From assembly GCA_950097015.1 (NCBI GenBank), contig CATNEN010000031.1:2108001-2172000 (forward strand): DNA of 64,000 nucleotides, read 5' to 3'. Positions 33,690-46,629 of the stretch are shown piece after piece. The notes under the pieces are model-generated. The model was not told the DNA's origin. It searched no databases and was given only the letters and a program-made list of their open reading frames with translations. The position numbers and the translations under genes were made by a program. This stretch comes from Macrostomum hystrix. Its lineage: Eukaryota > Animalia > Platyhelminthes. The first letter of the stretch is position 1. Every line of letters begins with the position of its first letter.

Positions 33690-36350
33690 GGAAAGAGAAA
33701 TAGAGATAGAGAGGGGAAGAGATGGAGTGGGAGATGGGAAAGAGACAAAGGGTGAGTGATAGAAAGGGGGAGAGAGATAAGGGGGGTGAGAGATAGAGAG
33801 GGAGAAAGAGACAAGGGTGAGAGATAGAGAGGAGAGTGAGGCAAGGGTGAAAGATAGAGAGGGAGAGTGAGGCAAGGGTGAGAGATAGAGAGGGAGAGTG
33901 AGGCAAGGGTGGGAGATAGTGAGGGAGAAAGAGACAAGGGTGAGAGATAGTGAGGGAGAGTGAGACAAGGGTGAGAGATAGAGAGGGAGAGTGAGGCAAG
34001 GGTGAGAGATAGTGAGGGGAGAGAGGCAAGGGTGAGAGATAGAGAGGGAGAGTGAGGCAAGGGTGAAAGATAGAGAGGGAGAGTGAGGCAAGGGTGAGAG
34101 ATAGTGAGGGGAAGAGAGGCAAGGGTGAGAGATAGTGAGGGAGAAAGAGACAAGGGTGAGAGATAGTGAGGGAGAGTGAGACAAGGGTGAGAGATAGAGA
34201 GGGAGAGTGAGACAAGGGTGAGAGATAGAGAGGGAGAGTGAGATAAGGGTGAGAGATTGTGAGGGAGAGTGAGGCAAGGGGTGAGAGATAGAGAGGGAGA
34301 GTGAGACAAGGGTGAGAGATAGAGAGGGAGAGTGAGACAAGGGTGAGAGATAGAGAGGGAGAGTGAGATAAGGGTGAGAGATTGTGAGGGAGAGTGAGGC
34401 AAGGGGTGAGAGATAGAGAGGGAGAGTGAGACAAGGGTGAGAGATAGTGAGCGAGACAGAAACAAGGGTGAGTGATAGAAAGGGGGGGAGAGACAAGGGT
34501 GAGAGATAGAGAGGGAGAGTGAGAAAGGGTGAGAGATAGTGAGGGAGAAAGAGACAAGGGTGAGTGATAGAAAGGGGGAGAGAGACAAGGGTGAGAGATA
34601 GAGAGGGAGAGTGAGGCAAGGGTGAAAGATAGAGAGGGAGAGTGAGACAAGGGTGAGAGATAGAGAGGGAGAGTGAGGCAAGGGTGAGAGATAGAGAGGG
34701 AGAGTGAGACAAGGGTGAGAGATAGAGAGGGAGAGTGAGACAAGGGTGAGAGATTGTGAAGGAGAGTGAGACAAGGGTGAAAGATAGAGAGGGAGAGTGA
34801 GACAAGGGTGAAAGATAGAGAGGGAGAGTGAGACAAGGGTGAAAGTTAGAGAGGGAGAGTGAGACAAGGGTGAAATATAGAGAGGGAGAGTGAGACAAGG
34901 GTGAGAGATAGAGAGGGAGAGTGAGACAAGGGTGAGAGATAGAGAGGGAGAGTGAGACAAGGGTGAGAGATTGTGAGGGAGAGTGAGGCAAGGGGTGAGA
35001 GATAGAGAGGGAGAGTGAGACAAGGGTGAGAGATAGTGAGCGAGACAGAAACAAGGGTGAGTGATAGAAAGGGGGGGAGAGACAAGGGTGAGAGATAGAG
35101 AGGGAGAGTGAGAAAGGGTGAGAGATAGTGAGGGAGAAAGAGACAAGGGTGAGTGATAGAAAGGGGGAGAGAGACAAGGGTGAGAGATAGAGAGGGAGAG
35201 TGAGGCAAGGGTGAAAGATAGAGAGGGAGAGTGAGACAAGGGTGAGAGATAGAGAGGGAGAGTGAGGCAAGGGTGAGAGATAGAGAGGGAGAGTGAGACA
35301 AGGGTGAGAGATAGAGAGGGAGAGTGAGACAAGGGTGAGAGATTGTGAAGGAGAGTGAGACAAGGGTGAAAGATAGAGAGGGAGAGTGAGACAAGGGTGA
35401 AAGATAGAGAGGGAGAGTGAGACAAGGGTGAAAGATAGAGAGGGAGAGTGAGACAAGGGTGAAATATAGAGAGGGAGAGTGAGACAAGGGTGAGAGATAG
35501 AGAGGGAGAGTGAGACAAGGGTGAGAGATAGAGAGGGAGAGTGAGACAAGGGTGAGAGATTGTGAGGGAGAGTGAGGCAAGGGGTGAGAGATAGAGAGGG
35601 AGAGTGAGACAAGGGTGAGAGATAGTGAGCGAGACAGAAACAAGGGTGAGTGATAGAAAGGGGGGGAGAGACAAGGGTGAGAGATAGAGAGGGAGAGTGA
35701 GAAAGGGTGAGAGATAGTGAGGGAGAAAGAGACAAGGGTGAGTGATAGAAAGGGGGAGAGAGACAAGGGTGAGAGATAGAGAGGGAGAGTGAGGCAAGGG
35801 TGAAAGATAGAGAGGGAGAGTGAGACAAGGGTGAGAGATAGAGAGGGAGAGTGAGGCAAGGGTGAGAGATAGAGAGGGAGAGTGAGACAAGGGTGAGAGA
35901 TAGAGAGGGAGAGTGAGACAAGGGTGAGAGATTGTGAAGGAGAGTGAGACAAGGGTGAAAGATAGAGAGGGAGAGTGAGACAAGGGTGAAAGATAGAGAG
36001 GGAGAGTGAGACAAGGGTGAAAGATAGAGAGGGAGAGTGAGACAAGGGTGAAATATAGAGAGGGAGAGTGAGACAAGGGTGAAAGATAGAGAGGGAGAGT
36101 GAGACAAGGGTGAAATATAGAGAGGGAGAGTGAGACAAGGGTGAAAGATAGAGAGGGAGAGTGAGAAAGGGTGAGAGATTGTGAAGGAGAGTTAGGCAAG
36201 GCGTGAGAGATAGTGGGGGAAAGTGAGGCAAGGGGTGAGAGATAGTTGCTGAGACAGAGACAAGGGGAGGAAGATAGGAGGTAGAGGAGAATAGGGGAGA
36301 GAGATGAAGAGGAGATAAAGGGAGGCAGATAGAGAGGGAGAGAGACAACT
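33690..36350. repeat. 31-bp GA-rich minisatellite (AGAGAGGGAGAGTGAGACAAGGGTGAGAGAT)n with a 589-bp higher-order repeat
   Basis: The rare variant GCGAGACAGAAAC recurs at 34451, 35040 and 35629. Confidence 0.95.
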
Positions 36351-37879
36351 GGTGAGAGATGGATTGGAAAAAGAGAAGAACAATGAGTGGGTGGGATTCT
36401 GATTGTTTCGGCAGTTTGTGGTTTGGAGAAAGAGAAGTGGGACAGGACACAGAAACTAGAAGACAATTTGAATGTGCATTTTCGAGGGCAAAAGCTGTCG
36501 TGAAGAGTCAACATTAAATAATGTTGATATTCCAAAAAATCTGTTATTTACTAATCAAAACAAAGAAAGTGCTCAAGCTTTCAATGGTGAGCATGTGTCA
36601 AATTCATGATCAACTTCGAGTTTTTCCCTTCATTGTTAAAACAGTCATTGTTACACAATCCAGGGAGAGGACAGGTGAGAAGCGGTGAAAGGGTTGCAAA
36701 ATAGAATTGAGCCGTATGGATAGGAAAGTGTTAAGTCCAAACATAAATAACCATTAATAATAGAAAGCTTTATTTACAGTTCTCACAAACACAATTGAAA
36801 ATTGAAAAATCTTAAATGTGACACCTTTTGTCTTTTTTTGATGGAAATTAACGAGATCCCTGGTTCGACCTTAGTGAGCAGTTCCAAAGAAGTTTTTTGG
36901 TTTGCGCCACAATTGAATGACGGACGCGAAAAGGTCCGCTTTTTAGGGATTTCACTGCGGAATTCGACATTTTTGTCACGATCCCATTCGTGAGACCCAC
37001 TCACTCTCTCTCTCCACTCGGTCCGCCTATGCACCCAAGCTCCAGCTCAATCGGTCTCAGACAGTGAGCATACGGGGAGATCTGGGAACTGAGACGGCGG
37101 TGCCCGGACCTTGTTGTTTGCTCAAGTCTCTTCCATTTAAATGCTCCGTCATAGCCCGGGCCCGGAACGCAGTGTTTGCCCAATGCTGGGGTACAGGCTT
37201 CGACATGTGATTAAATGACGGAGGGCCACCGACCCCGCGTCCTCCAACAGAAAAATCGTCATGAATTTCTCTTCCGAGATCCTGTTTGCCCGCCGCAATG
37301 GCCCGGACTAGAGCTGGATCTACTATACTCTCTTCTCTCTGCTTTAGCGGAGAATTCTTGCGAAAACGGCTCCACTTTGACCGACCTCCGTTCTCTCTTT
37401 TCGTATTTTTTCCGCCCGATTTTAATCAGCTTTCCCTCCTAGTTTCTACGAAATTTTACGAACCCCAAAACACCCGGATACACCTATAGATTCGGCTCGC
37501 TTTTCTGCCAGGGGAAATTTAGCTGACACACCTGTCCGCCAGTTTTTCACTGGCTGTGTGCTCAAGGATTGTTTCTTCAGGGGCCCAGCTGAGGCTTAGC
37601 GGACTCAAGCGAGAAGACAGAAAACTGGTTTAGAATGTTTACTGAAAACAACCGCGCATCAGAGCATTGAAAATTAGCCTGAGCAGTGACATGGCCAGAA
37701 GAAAGCTTTTAGTTAACGAAAGCAAATACGGGACTTTCAAATGGACATTGGGATGAAAACTTTCGGCTTAGTTATGCTCGGTTAACTAATAATGGGTCCA
37801 AGTTGCAAAGACTGGGTCAAAATAAGAAACAAGTAACTGCCGTCTCAATGCCGCCTCTTAATATCAGCTACCCACCATC

Positions 37880-38280
37880 TCACTATACTTCTCTCTCTGA
37901 CTCTCCCTCTCTCCCTTTTATTTTATCTTTCTCCCTCAGACCCCATCATTCTTACTCTCACTCTCCCTCGCTTCCCCTCACACTCCCTATCCTCCACTCC
38001 CTCTCCCTCTCTTCCTCTCACACTCCATCTCTTCCTCTCACACTCCCTCTCTTCCTCTCACACTCCTTCTCTTCCTCTCACTCTCCCTCTCTTCCTCTCA
38101 CACTCCCTCTCTTCCTGTCACACTCCCTCTCTTCCTCTCACTCTCCCTCTCTTCCTCTCACACTCCCTCTCTTCCTCTCACTCTCCCTCTCTTCCTCTCA
38201 CACTCCCTCTCTTCCTCTCACTCTCCCTCTCTTCCTCTCACTCTCCCTCTCTTCCTCTCACTCTCCCTCTCTTCCTGCAG
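37880..38280. repeat. CT-rich 20-bp minisatellite (CACTCTCCCTCTCTTCCTCT)n, left flank of the Penelope-like element
   Basis: Same unit as 39500-40800 and 48420-48840. Confidence 0.93.
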
Positions 38281-39500
38281 TTCTTCCTGCAGGTGAAGGG
38301 CACGGCCATGGGCAAATCATTTGCACCAAGCTACAGCAACATATAGATGGGCTACTGGGAGCAGAGAGGCCTCGAGACCAGCCCTCTGAAGCCCTGCCTG
38401 TGGCTTCGGTACATCGATGACATCTTCGGCGTGTGGCGTGGAACGGAAGACGAACTTATCCGGTTCCATCAACATCTGGACGCCCTCGACCCGAACATCC
38501 GGCTACAACTGAGCTACAGCAGCACCGAGGTCGACTTTCTGGACACCACTGTCTTTTGGGAGCGCGATGGCGACACCAAGAAGCTCAGAACTCGGAGTCT
38601 TTTTCAAACATACTGACAGCCGAGCCCTCATCCACCGCGACTCATTCCATCCTAAGCGGACTTTCCGTGACGTGGTGAAGTCCCAGCTACTCAGATACGC
38701 CCGACGATGTTCTCGGATGGCTGACTTCGATGCAGCGTGCATGTCCAACCTGGTGCAACACCAAGGATACAGCCGGCGGCGTCTGCGCACCATCAAGTAC
38801 GACGTACTGACGGAGATGGGCTTCTACCCGAAAAGACAGTGGGAGTTCGGCTTCCTGCCATGCAACCCGGTCCGGCTCTGCAAGTGCTGCCAGGCGCACG
38901 CCAGATTCACCTCCGTCTGTCCTGGTTCAGCCGCGACATCAGTCCAACTCGTCATCAGCCAGAGGATAGACTGCAACGCCTTGAACGCCATCTACACTGT
39001 GTTCTGTCGCTGATGCGACCACACAGTCTACGTTGGCGAGACCGCCAACAGCATCCGTGGCCGCATGCTGGCACACATTGGCGACATCCGGCACGACCGC
39101 GCCACCCCGGTGGCCCGCCACTTTACCAGTAATGGTCACAGTCTGGCGGACTTCGCCTTCACAGGCGTTTGGACCCGCGACCGTTCTGGTCCTAAGGTCA
39201 ATGAGCGGCGCCAGCGCCAAGAAGCGAAGCTGATCGAGGTCCTCACCAACTCCGCTTTTCTTAGAGTTTTTGACCCATCATAATGTACTAGCTAGGGTTT
39301 TACACAATTGAGCTCTCTCTCTCTCTTTCTATCGATTTTTATCGGCATTTAAAACTTTATATATACACAGCCTATCACGCCAAAATAAATTCGCTTTTTT
39401 TCTGCCCTGATGAAGAATTTTTAATTCGAAATATCGGCAAAATTAAAATTAAAGTCAACTTTAACTCTTTACCGCGTCAGTGCCTGGGATTGAAGGTGCT
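38281..39500 (+). mobile_element. 5'-truncated, decayed Penelope-like element (RT C-terminal half, GIY-YIG endonuclease and 3' terminal region), probably Neptune-type
   Basis: The RT part reads LQVKGTAMGKSFAPSYSNI*MGYWE, WLRYIDDIF, VDFLDT, then a frameshift at ~38595 to FKHTD...HRDSFHP. A Cys linker PCNPVRLCKCC follows. The GIY-YIG part is IDCNALNAIYTVFCR*CDHTVYVGETANSIRGRMLAH...VARHF. There are two in-frame stops. Confidence 0.93.
39403..39439 (+). ncRNA. Minimal type I hammerhead ribozyme motif at the 3' end of the Penelope-like element
   Basis: Stem I TGCC/GGCA, core CTGATGA (39407-39413), an extra A, stem II GAATT-ttt-AATTC, GAAA (39428-39431), a palindromic minimal stem III ATAT, and cleavage triplet AUC (predicted cut after 39435). 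Confidence 0.8.
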
Positions 39501-40800
39501 CTCCTCTCTCTCCCCCTCTCTCCCTCTCACACTCCCTCTCTCCCTCTCTCTCCCCCCCTCCCTCTCACTCTGCCTCTCTTCCTCTCACTCTGCCTCTCTT
39601 CCTCTCACTCTGCCTCTCTTCCTCTCACACTCCCTCTCTTCCTCTCCCTCCCCCTCTCTCCCTCTCACTCTCTTCCTCTCCCACTCCCTCTCTTCCTCCA
39701 CTCTACCTCTCTTCCTCTCACTCTGCCTCTCTATCTCTCACTCTCCCTCTCTTCCTCTCACTCTGCCTCTCTATCTCTCACTCTCCCTCTCTTCCTCTCA
39801 CTCTGCCTCTCTATCTCTCACTCTCCCTCTCTTCCTCTCACTCTGCCTCTCTATCTCTCACTCTCCCTCTCTTCCTCTCACTCTGCCTCTCTTCCTCTCA
39901 CTCTGCCTCTCTTCCTCTCACTCTGCCTCTCTTCCTCTCACACTCCCTCTCTTCCTCTCCCTCCCCCTCTCTCCCTCTCACTCTCTTCCTCTCCCACTCC
40001 CTCTCTTCCTCCACTCTACCTCTCTTCCTCTCCCTCCCCCTCTCTCCCTCTCACTCTCTTCCTCTCCCACTCCCTCTCTTCCTCCACTCTACCTCTCTTC
40101 CTCTCACTCTGCCTCTCTATCTCTCACTCTCCCTCTCTTCCTCTCACTCTGCCTCTCTTCCTCTCACTCTCCCTCTCTTCCTCTCCCTCCCCCTCTCTCC
40201 CTCTCACTCTCTTCCTCTCCCACTCCCTCTCTTCCTCCACTCTACCTCTCTTCCTCTCACTCTGCCTCTCTATCTCTCACTCTGCCTCTCTTCCTCTCAC
40301 TCTGCCTCTCTTCCTCTCACTCTCCCTCTCTTCCTCTCCCTCCCCCTCTCTCCCTCTCACTCTCTTCCTCTCCCACTCCCTCTCTTCCTCCACTCTACCT
40401 CTCTTCCTCTCACTCTGCCTCTCTATCTCTCACTCTGCCTCTCTTCCTCTCACTCTGCCTCTCTTCCTCTCACTCTCCCTCTCTTCCTCTCCCTCCCCCT
40501 CTCTCCCTCTCACTCTCTTCCTCTCCCACTCCCTCTCTTCCTCCACTCTACCTCTCTTCCTCTCACTCTGCCTCTCTATCTCTCACTCTGCCTCTCTTCC
40601 TCTCACTCTGCCTCTCTTCCTCTCACTCTCACTCTCTTCCTCTCACACTCCCTCTCTTACTCTCACTCTCCCTCTCTTCCTCTCACACTCCCTCTTTTCC
40701 TCTCACACTCCCTCTCCTCCACTCCCTCTCACTCTCTTCCTCTCACACTCCCTCTCTTCCTCTCACTCTACCTCCCACACTCACTTCACCACTCTTCAGT
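39500..40800. repeat. CT-rich ~20-bp minisatellite with ~120-bp higher-order blocks, right flank of the Penelope-like element
   Basis: Almost pure pyrimidine strand with repeating ctccactctacctctcttcc blocks. Confidence 0.93.
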
Positions 40801-41589
40801 GACTCCCCCTCTCCTTCTATCGATAGTTTTAGCAAGCCAGAGAGAGTGTTCCAACTAGGCATGGAAATGTGCCGGATGAGCAGCCCCCAGTCCATAGAGC
40901 ACATTCCCGCAGAGGGCATCCATAAGCATCGACCCCCTGGCGTCTTGTAATCTAATAAGAACAGATTTGCCAGGCTTAGGCTTGGCGGTCATCTGATTAG
41001 CTTCAGCTGGCTGAGAATTCAGCGCTGCCTCCGAATTCAATATGGATGGCGATAGAGTTTATAGGGAACACGGAAGCCGGATTGCCGCGGGATAAGTGTT
41101 TAATCCCGGAGAATCTCCGAACCCCCGACCCGAGCTGCAACCACTTGCCAGGGGGAGGGGGCGAGGAGATTGTGTGGGAGTGAGTATCTTCTAGTTGCTG
41201 TAGGCGAGATGCCATCCCGTGCTGGAGGATGCTTGTTGTTTATACGATCACTCCATCCACTCATCCCTTATTTTCCTTCTGCCGCTGTGGGAGGTTATCG
41301 CCAGTTGTTAATCTACCGACAGTTGCTTTCAGTTTCATTTTGCGCAGACTGTTCCACAATTGGCCGCCAGATGAATCTAAGGAACTGGGCAGATCTGCAG
41401 TAATAGTATTTGTTTTCTTAGACACTCCGCGAACTGTATGAAGCTATCCGAGTCTGATTGAAAATTCTAATTTCACACTACTAGTTAACTGCAGTATAGG
41501 GGTTGAGACAGGAATTTCAGATGAAGCTTGAGTTGGAGAGAAAGGGGAGAGCGTCAAAGATTGGGAGACTGGGAAGAGGTGGAAGACAG

Positions 41590-42925
41590 GGATTGAGTAG
41601 GAGACTGGGATTGAGAAGGAGACAGGGATTGAGAAGGAGACTGAGATTGAGAAGGAGATAGAGATTGAGAAGGAGATAGGGATTGAGAAGGAGATAGGGA
41701 TTGAGAAGGAGACGGGATTGAGAAGGAGATAGGGATTGAGAAGGAGATAGGGATTGAGAAGTAGATAGGGATTGAGAAGGAGACAGGGATTGAGAAGGAG
41801 ACAGGGATTGAGAAGGAGACAGGGGTTGAGAAGGAGGATTGAGAAGGAGATAGGGGTTGAGAAGGAGATTGGGGTTGAGAAGGAGATAGGGGTTGAGAAG
41901 GAGACTGGGATTGAGAAGGAGACGGGATTGAGAAGGAGACTCGGATTGAGAAGGAGACGGGATTGAGAAGGAGATAGGGATTGAGAAGGAGACGGGATTG
42001 AGAAGGAGACGGGATTGAGAAGGAGACTCGGATTGAGAAGGAGACGGGATTGAGAAGGAGATAGGGATTGAGAAGGAGACGGGATTGAGAAGGAGATAGG
42101 GATTGAGAAGGAGATAGGGGTTGAGAAGGAGATTGGGGTTGAGAAGGAGATAGGGGTTGAGAAGGAGACTGGGATTGAGAAGGAGACGGGATTGAGAAGG
42201 AGACTCGGATTGAGAAGGAGACGGGATTGAGAAGGAGATAGGGGTTGAGAAGGAGACTGGGGTTGAGAAGGAGATAGGGGTTGAGAAGGAGACTGGGATT
42301 GAGAAGGAGACGGGATTGAGAAGGAGATAGGGATTGAGAAGGAGATAGGGATTGAGAAGGAGACAGGGATTGAGAAGGAGGATTGAGAAGGAGATAGGGG
42401 TTGAGAAGCAGACTGGGATTGAGAAGGAGACGGGATTGAGAAGGAGATAGGGATTGAGAAGGAGACAGGGATTGAGAAGGAGGATTGAGAAGGAGATAGG
42501 GGTTGAGAAGGAGACTGGGATTGAGAAGGAGATTGGGGTTGAGAAGGAGATAGGGGTTGAGAAGGAGACTGGGATTGAGAAGGAGATAGGGGTTGAGAAG
42601 GAGACTCGGATTGAGAAGGAGACGGGATTGAGAAGGAGATAGGGGTTGAGAAGGAGACTGGGGTTGAGAAGGAGATAGGGGTTGAGAAGGAGACTGGGAT
42701 TGAGAAGGAGACGGGATTGAGAAGGAGATAGGGATTGAGAAGGAGATAGGGATTGAGAAGGAGACAGGGATTGAGAAGGAGGATTGAGAAGGAGATAGGG
42801 GTTGAGAAGCAGACTGGGATTGAGAAGGAGACGGGATTGAGAAGGAGACTCGGATTGAGAAGGAGACAGGGATTGAGAAGGAGATGAGGATTGAGAAGGA
42901 GATCGGGGTTGAGAAGGAGACAGGG
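41590..42925. repeat. 18-19-bp purine-rich minisatellite (GATTGAGAAGGAGATAGGG)n
   Basis: Many copies with invariant TTGAGAAGGAG. Confidence 0.95.
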
Positions 42926-43489
42926 AAGTTTGAGGTAGAACTAAAGAAAAATGGAATGGCAAGATGAAAGCAGATGCAGTTGTCGTTGCAATAGATAAAG
43001 TTTGGATCTACACCTGACCCAGATAAAATAAAATAAAAATAAAAAATTCTGATGACAATCACACGCTCAATTAGGTTTTGTTCGAATCCGAATGACCAAA
43101 GCAAAAAAATAAACAAGCTCGAATAGGCTTGATCGCTTCGTTGTGGTATCCAGGCGGTGTCAATGTATACTTTGGAAATCGCTTTACCGTGTTTCTAGGG
43201 CGTCGAAATAAAAAAACTGATTATTTCCCAATGCAGAGAATTTTATTTGTCAGCCCACCCGACAACTTTAAAATGCTTTTGCTTCCCAAACTGCCTAAAA
43301 CAGTCCAGTGTTGATTCGTTGTAGTGAATTAACCACGGAGGAACAACCTTTTGTGTTGTCAGACAATCAACCTGTTAAATCATTCTTGCTCTATTGGTCA
43401 ATCTTTATCTTTGTTGCTTTTGCGGTTTCAATCATCTACGTTTTCGCACCTGTATTGAAGGTTATTCAATATTGACAGTTACAGGCATA

Positions 43490-44190
43490 CCTCCCATCCT
43501 CTCTCATCCCCTCCCTTCCTCTATCATCCCCTTCCTTCCTCTCTCATCCCCTCTCTTCCTCTATCATCCCCTCTCTTCCTCTATCATCACCTCTCTTCCT
43601 CTATCATCCCCTCCCTTCCTCTATCATCCCTCCCTTCCTCTCTCATCCCCTCCCTTCCTCTATCATCCCCTCCCTTCCTCTATCATCCCCTTCCTTCCTC
43701 TCTCATCCCCTCTCTTCCTCTATCATCCCCTCCCTTCCTCTATCATCCCTCCCTTCCTCTCTCATCCCCTCCCTTCCTCTATCATCCCCTCCCTTCCTCT
43801 ATCATCCCCTTCCTTCCTCTCTCATCCCCTCTCTTCCTCTATCATCCCCTCTCTTCCTCTATCATCACCTCTCTTCCTCTATCATCCGCTCCCTTCCTCT
43901 ATCATCCCTCCCTTCCTCTCTCATCCCCTCCCTTCCTCTATCATCCCCTCCCTTCCTCTATCATCCCCTTCCTTCCTCTCTCATCCCCTCTCTTCCTCTA
44001 TCATCCCCTCTCTTCCTCTATCATCACCTCTCTTCCTCTATCATCCCTCCCTTCCTCTATCATCCCCTCTCTTCCTCTATCATCCCCTCCCTTCCTCTAT
44101 CATCCCCTTCCTTCCTCTCTCATCCCCTCTCTTCCTCTATTATCCCCTCTCTTCCTCTATCATCCCTTTCCTTCCTCTCTTATCCCATTA
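43490..44190. repeat. CT-rich minisatellite (CTCTATCATCCCCTCCCTTC-like)n
   Basis: Tandem 19-20-bp units. Confidence 0.92.
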
Positions 44191-44609
44191 CTTCTTTTAA
44201 ACTTATAAGAATAGTTATTATAAAAACTTTTATTTTAATCTTGAGTTTGGGTTGAGCACGCTGCTCCGCGTGGAAAACCGAGAAGCCCTTAATAAGCTGA
44301 ATCGATTGAGCAAAGTTTGCTCAGCTCTGCTCGCCACTGAGCAGCAGTTTGAGCTCATTTTTCGGTAAGGAATTTTTTTAGTATAATTTATTTTAGTACC
44401 TAGAAAATCTTTGGTTATTTTGGTTATTGGTTATTTGACGTAAATTGCGCAAAGTTTCTGAACAAAGTGGGTCAACTTTCAGAGGGTTTTCAGTGGTGAC
44501 TCGACCTCCTCTCTGATATAATATAATAGGCGTTAAAAATAATCACTAATAGACTAGTTAGTGAACAGGGACAATCAATGGGGTGTCAGCGGTCGACAGC
44601 CAGAGTCGG

Positions 44610-44905
44610 CAGATTTATCAGGATGTCAGCTGAAGGTTTATCTGGATGTCAGCAGAAGGTTTATCAGGATGTCAGCAGAAGGTTTATCAGGATGTCAGCA
44701 GAAGGTTTATCAGGATCTCAGCAGATTTATCAGGATCTCAGCAGATGGTTTATCAGGATGTCAGCAGAAGGTTTATCAGGATGTCAGCAGAAGGTTTATC
44801 AGGATGTCAGCAGAAGTTTTATCAGGATGTCAGCAGAAGGTTTATCAGGATGTCAGCAGAAGGTTTATCAGGATGTCAGCAGAAGGTTTATCAGGATGTC
44901 AGCAT
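44610..44905. repeat. 23-bp minisatellite (TTTATCAGGATGTCAGCAGAAGG)n
   Basis: About 12 copies. Confidence 0.95.
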
Positions 44906-45229
44906 AGTGCATTCCCTCTATCGCACCATTGATCAGCAAGAAAACACAAGCGCTGTTGTCCAGGCATTGTGCAGATAAGCATGAAAATGGAACTGGGCTA
45001 TAGATAAGATTAGGTTCACACAGAGTTAAGAAAGAAAATAATCAAAGGACCAGTTGTATTGCGAAGTCGGTCGCTAGCATCACAGCCCAACCCTCTACAA
45101 TGATAAGCCAAGCATTGGCGCTATAGAGTGTTTAGGGGTTACTCTCAACGCAATTGATCTCAGCGTCACAAATGTGAAGCCTGTCCACAAGCGTTATTTC
45201 TTAGAAAATGATTCACCCCTCGGTATTGG

Positions 45230-45400
45230 ATTCCTTATCTATTATGAATGGTTTTTAAACGAATTGGTTGCAGAGCTCTTCACCGAAGATGGAAGCATGG
45301 AATTCGAGTCTCTGTGCTCAAAGACCCATATTGAGTTGAGTTGGTTCTCCAATCTCCTTATCTGAGCAGACTGCAGAGATATACTCTCCCTTAACTCTTT
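45230..45400 (-). mobile_element. Possible highly decayed 3' end of a CR1/L2-type LINE ORF2
   Basis: The minus-strand reading QLNSIWVFEHRDSNSMLPSSVKSSATNSFKNH resembles the CR1/L2 C-terminal consensus (RLNIRK.FFSNRVVN.WNSLP.SVV.A...NSFKNRLD). Confidence 0.35.
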
Positions 45401-45814
45401 ACGCGATTTAGCTTTTGAGTTGTTCGCATTCTTATCAGCACTTCAGTGTCAGTGAGGCCACAGGCCCTAACCCATGACTCTTATAATATACGCCTAGTTA
45501 TGGAAACTAGAATAAAACAACAAATCTCACACCAGTGGGTGGAACTGTGGTGCATGCAGACTGCCTGGCGACTGTGCCGACAATCGCGAGGTGTCAGTCA
45601 GTCAGATTTTGAAGGCTTTGTGTAACATATTTCTTTAATTTGGAAGGATAAAAATTCTCTTCCATTATAATTTATGAGTGGGTGTCCTATATTTACATTC
45701 CCAAAACTGAAAAAACATTCTATGTAAGTTTGAGGCTAACTTTTACCATAGACTAAGTAGTATAATTTTGGAGGAAGCTTAATTATAATGATGGTAATTT
45801 TATAATAAATATTG

Positions 45815-46115
45815 GCGCATTTGAAGACTGTGTACGGCTGTTCAGTCCATGGACTGGGGCGATGCCACACACACCCTCAGTTACCGGACTGGATCCAGAG
45901 TGAAGTGTCTTGACACAAATCGACACAATTTGTTTCAGTTGAGCCCGAAATCGAACCTCAGACCTTCAAGCCGTCAGTCCGACGGCTAAACTCTAACTAG
46001 AACTTAGAATCAAAACAAAAGTGAAACTCGGCATTGCCTAAGTTCACCCAGCTGGTAATTAAGGGTGTGACCCCCAGTCCATGGACAGAACAGCCGTACA
46101 CAGCCTTTCGATGCG
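45815..46115. mobile_element. Two SINE family A fragments in opposite orientation (45815-46000 minus, 46030-46115 plus)
   Basis: Palindrome at 45843-45856 and a variant at ~46075. Minus-strand B box ggttcgatttc. Confidence 0.7.
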
Positions 46116-46629
46116 AAAAATAAGTAGTTTTTTGTGAAACCACATTGCACCTAAAATCCCCATTATCCTGTATTATCTTTCAGCTGATCGGAAAACTATT
46201 GTTTGAGTTGATTCTAAAATACACAATAGACGGGCTTGGGATAAATCTACTAATTAATTGGGTAAATCTGGGCCAGAGCAGACGATATCGTTAATTTTTC
46301 GAATGCATTAGCTCACGTTATACGAGGTATTAATGTGAAGCGAATAGTTAATTATTGAGGTGGGATGGCAGCGATATTGGGATTGCAAACAGACAGCTGA
46401 CACACTGCAAACAAGACACGTTGCCTCCCCGGACTAAATGTTTGCCCAGAGCTGAATGCAGTCACCAGAGAAAGTGAACGTCAGTCCCATGCAGCCAGGT
46501 AAAACTGCCAGGTAGAACTGGCCTGGTTCTATGCCGGAAGTATTGGCTCTCGATGCTGATGATGACGACAAAGCACCAGTGAAAGCTTTGAGAAATATGT
46601 AATTTTAATAAACTGCTTGTCAGAGGTCA

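Noticed and set aside
33581-36535. Very long ORFs (984, 813, 534 and 394 aa) rich in S/L/H/P
   Set aside because: These are translations of the pyrimidine strand of a GA-rich minisatellite, which is depleted of stop codons. Several frames are open and there is no unique domain.
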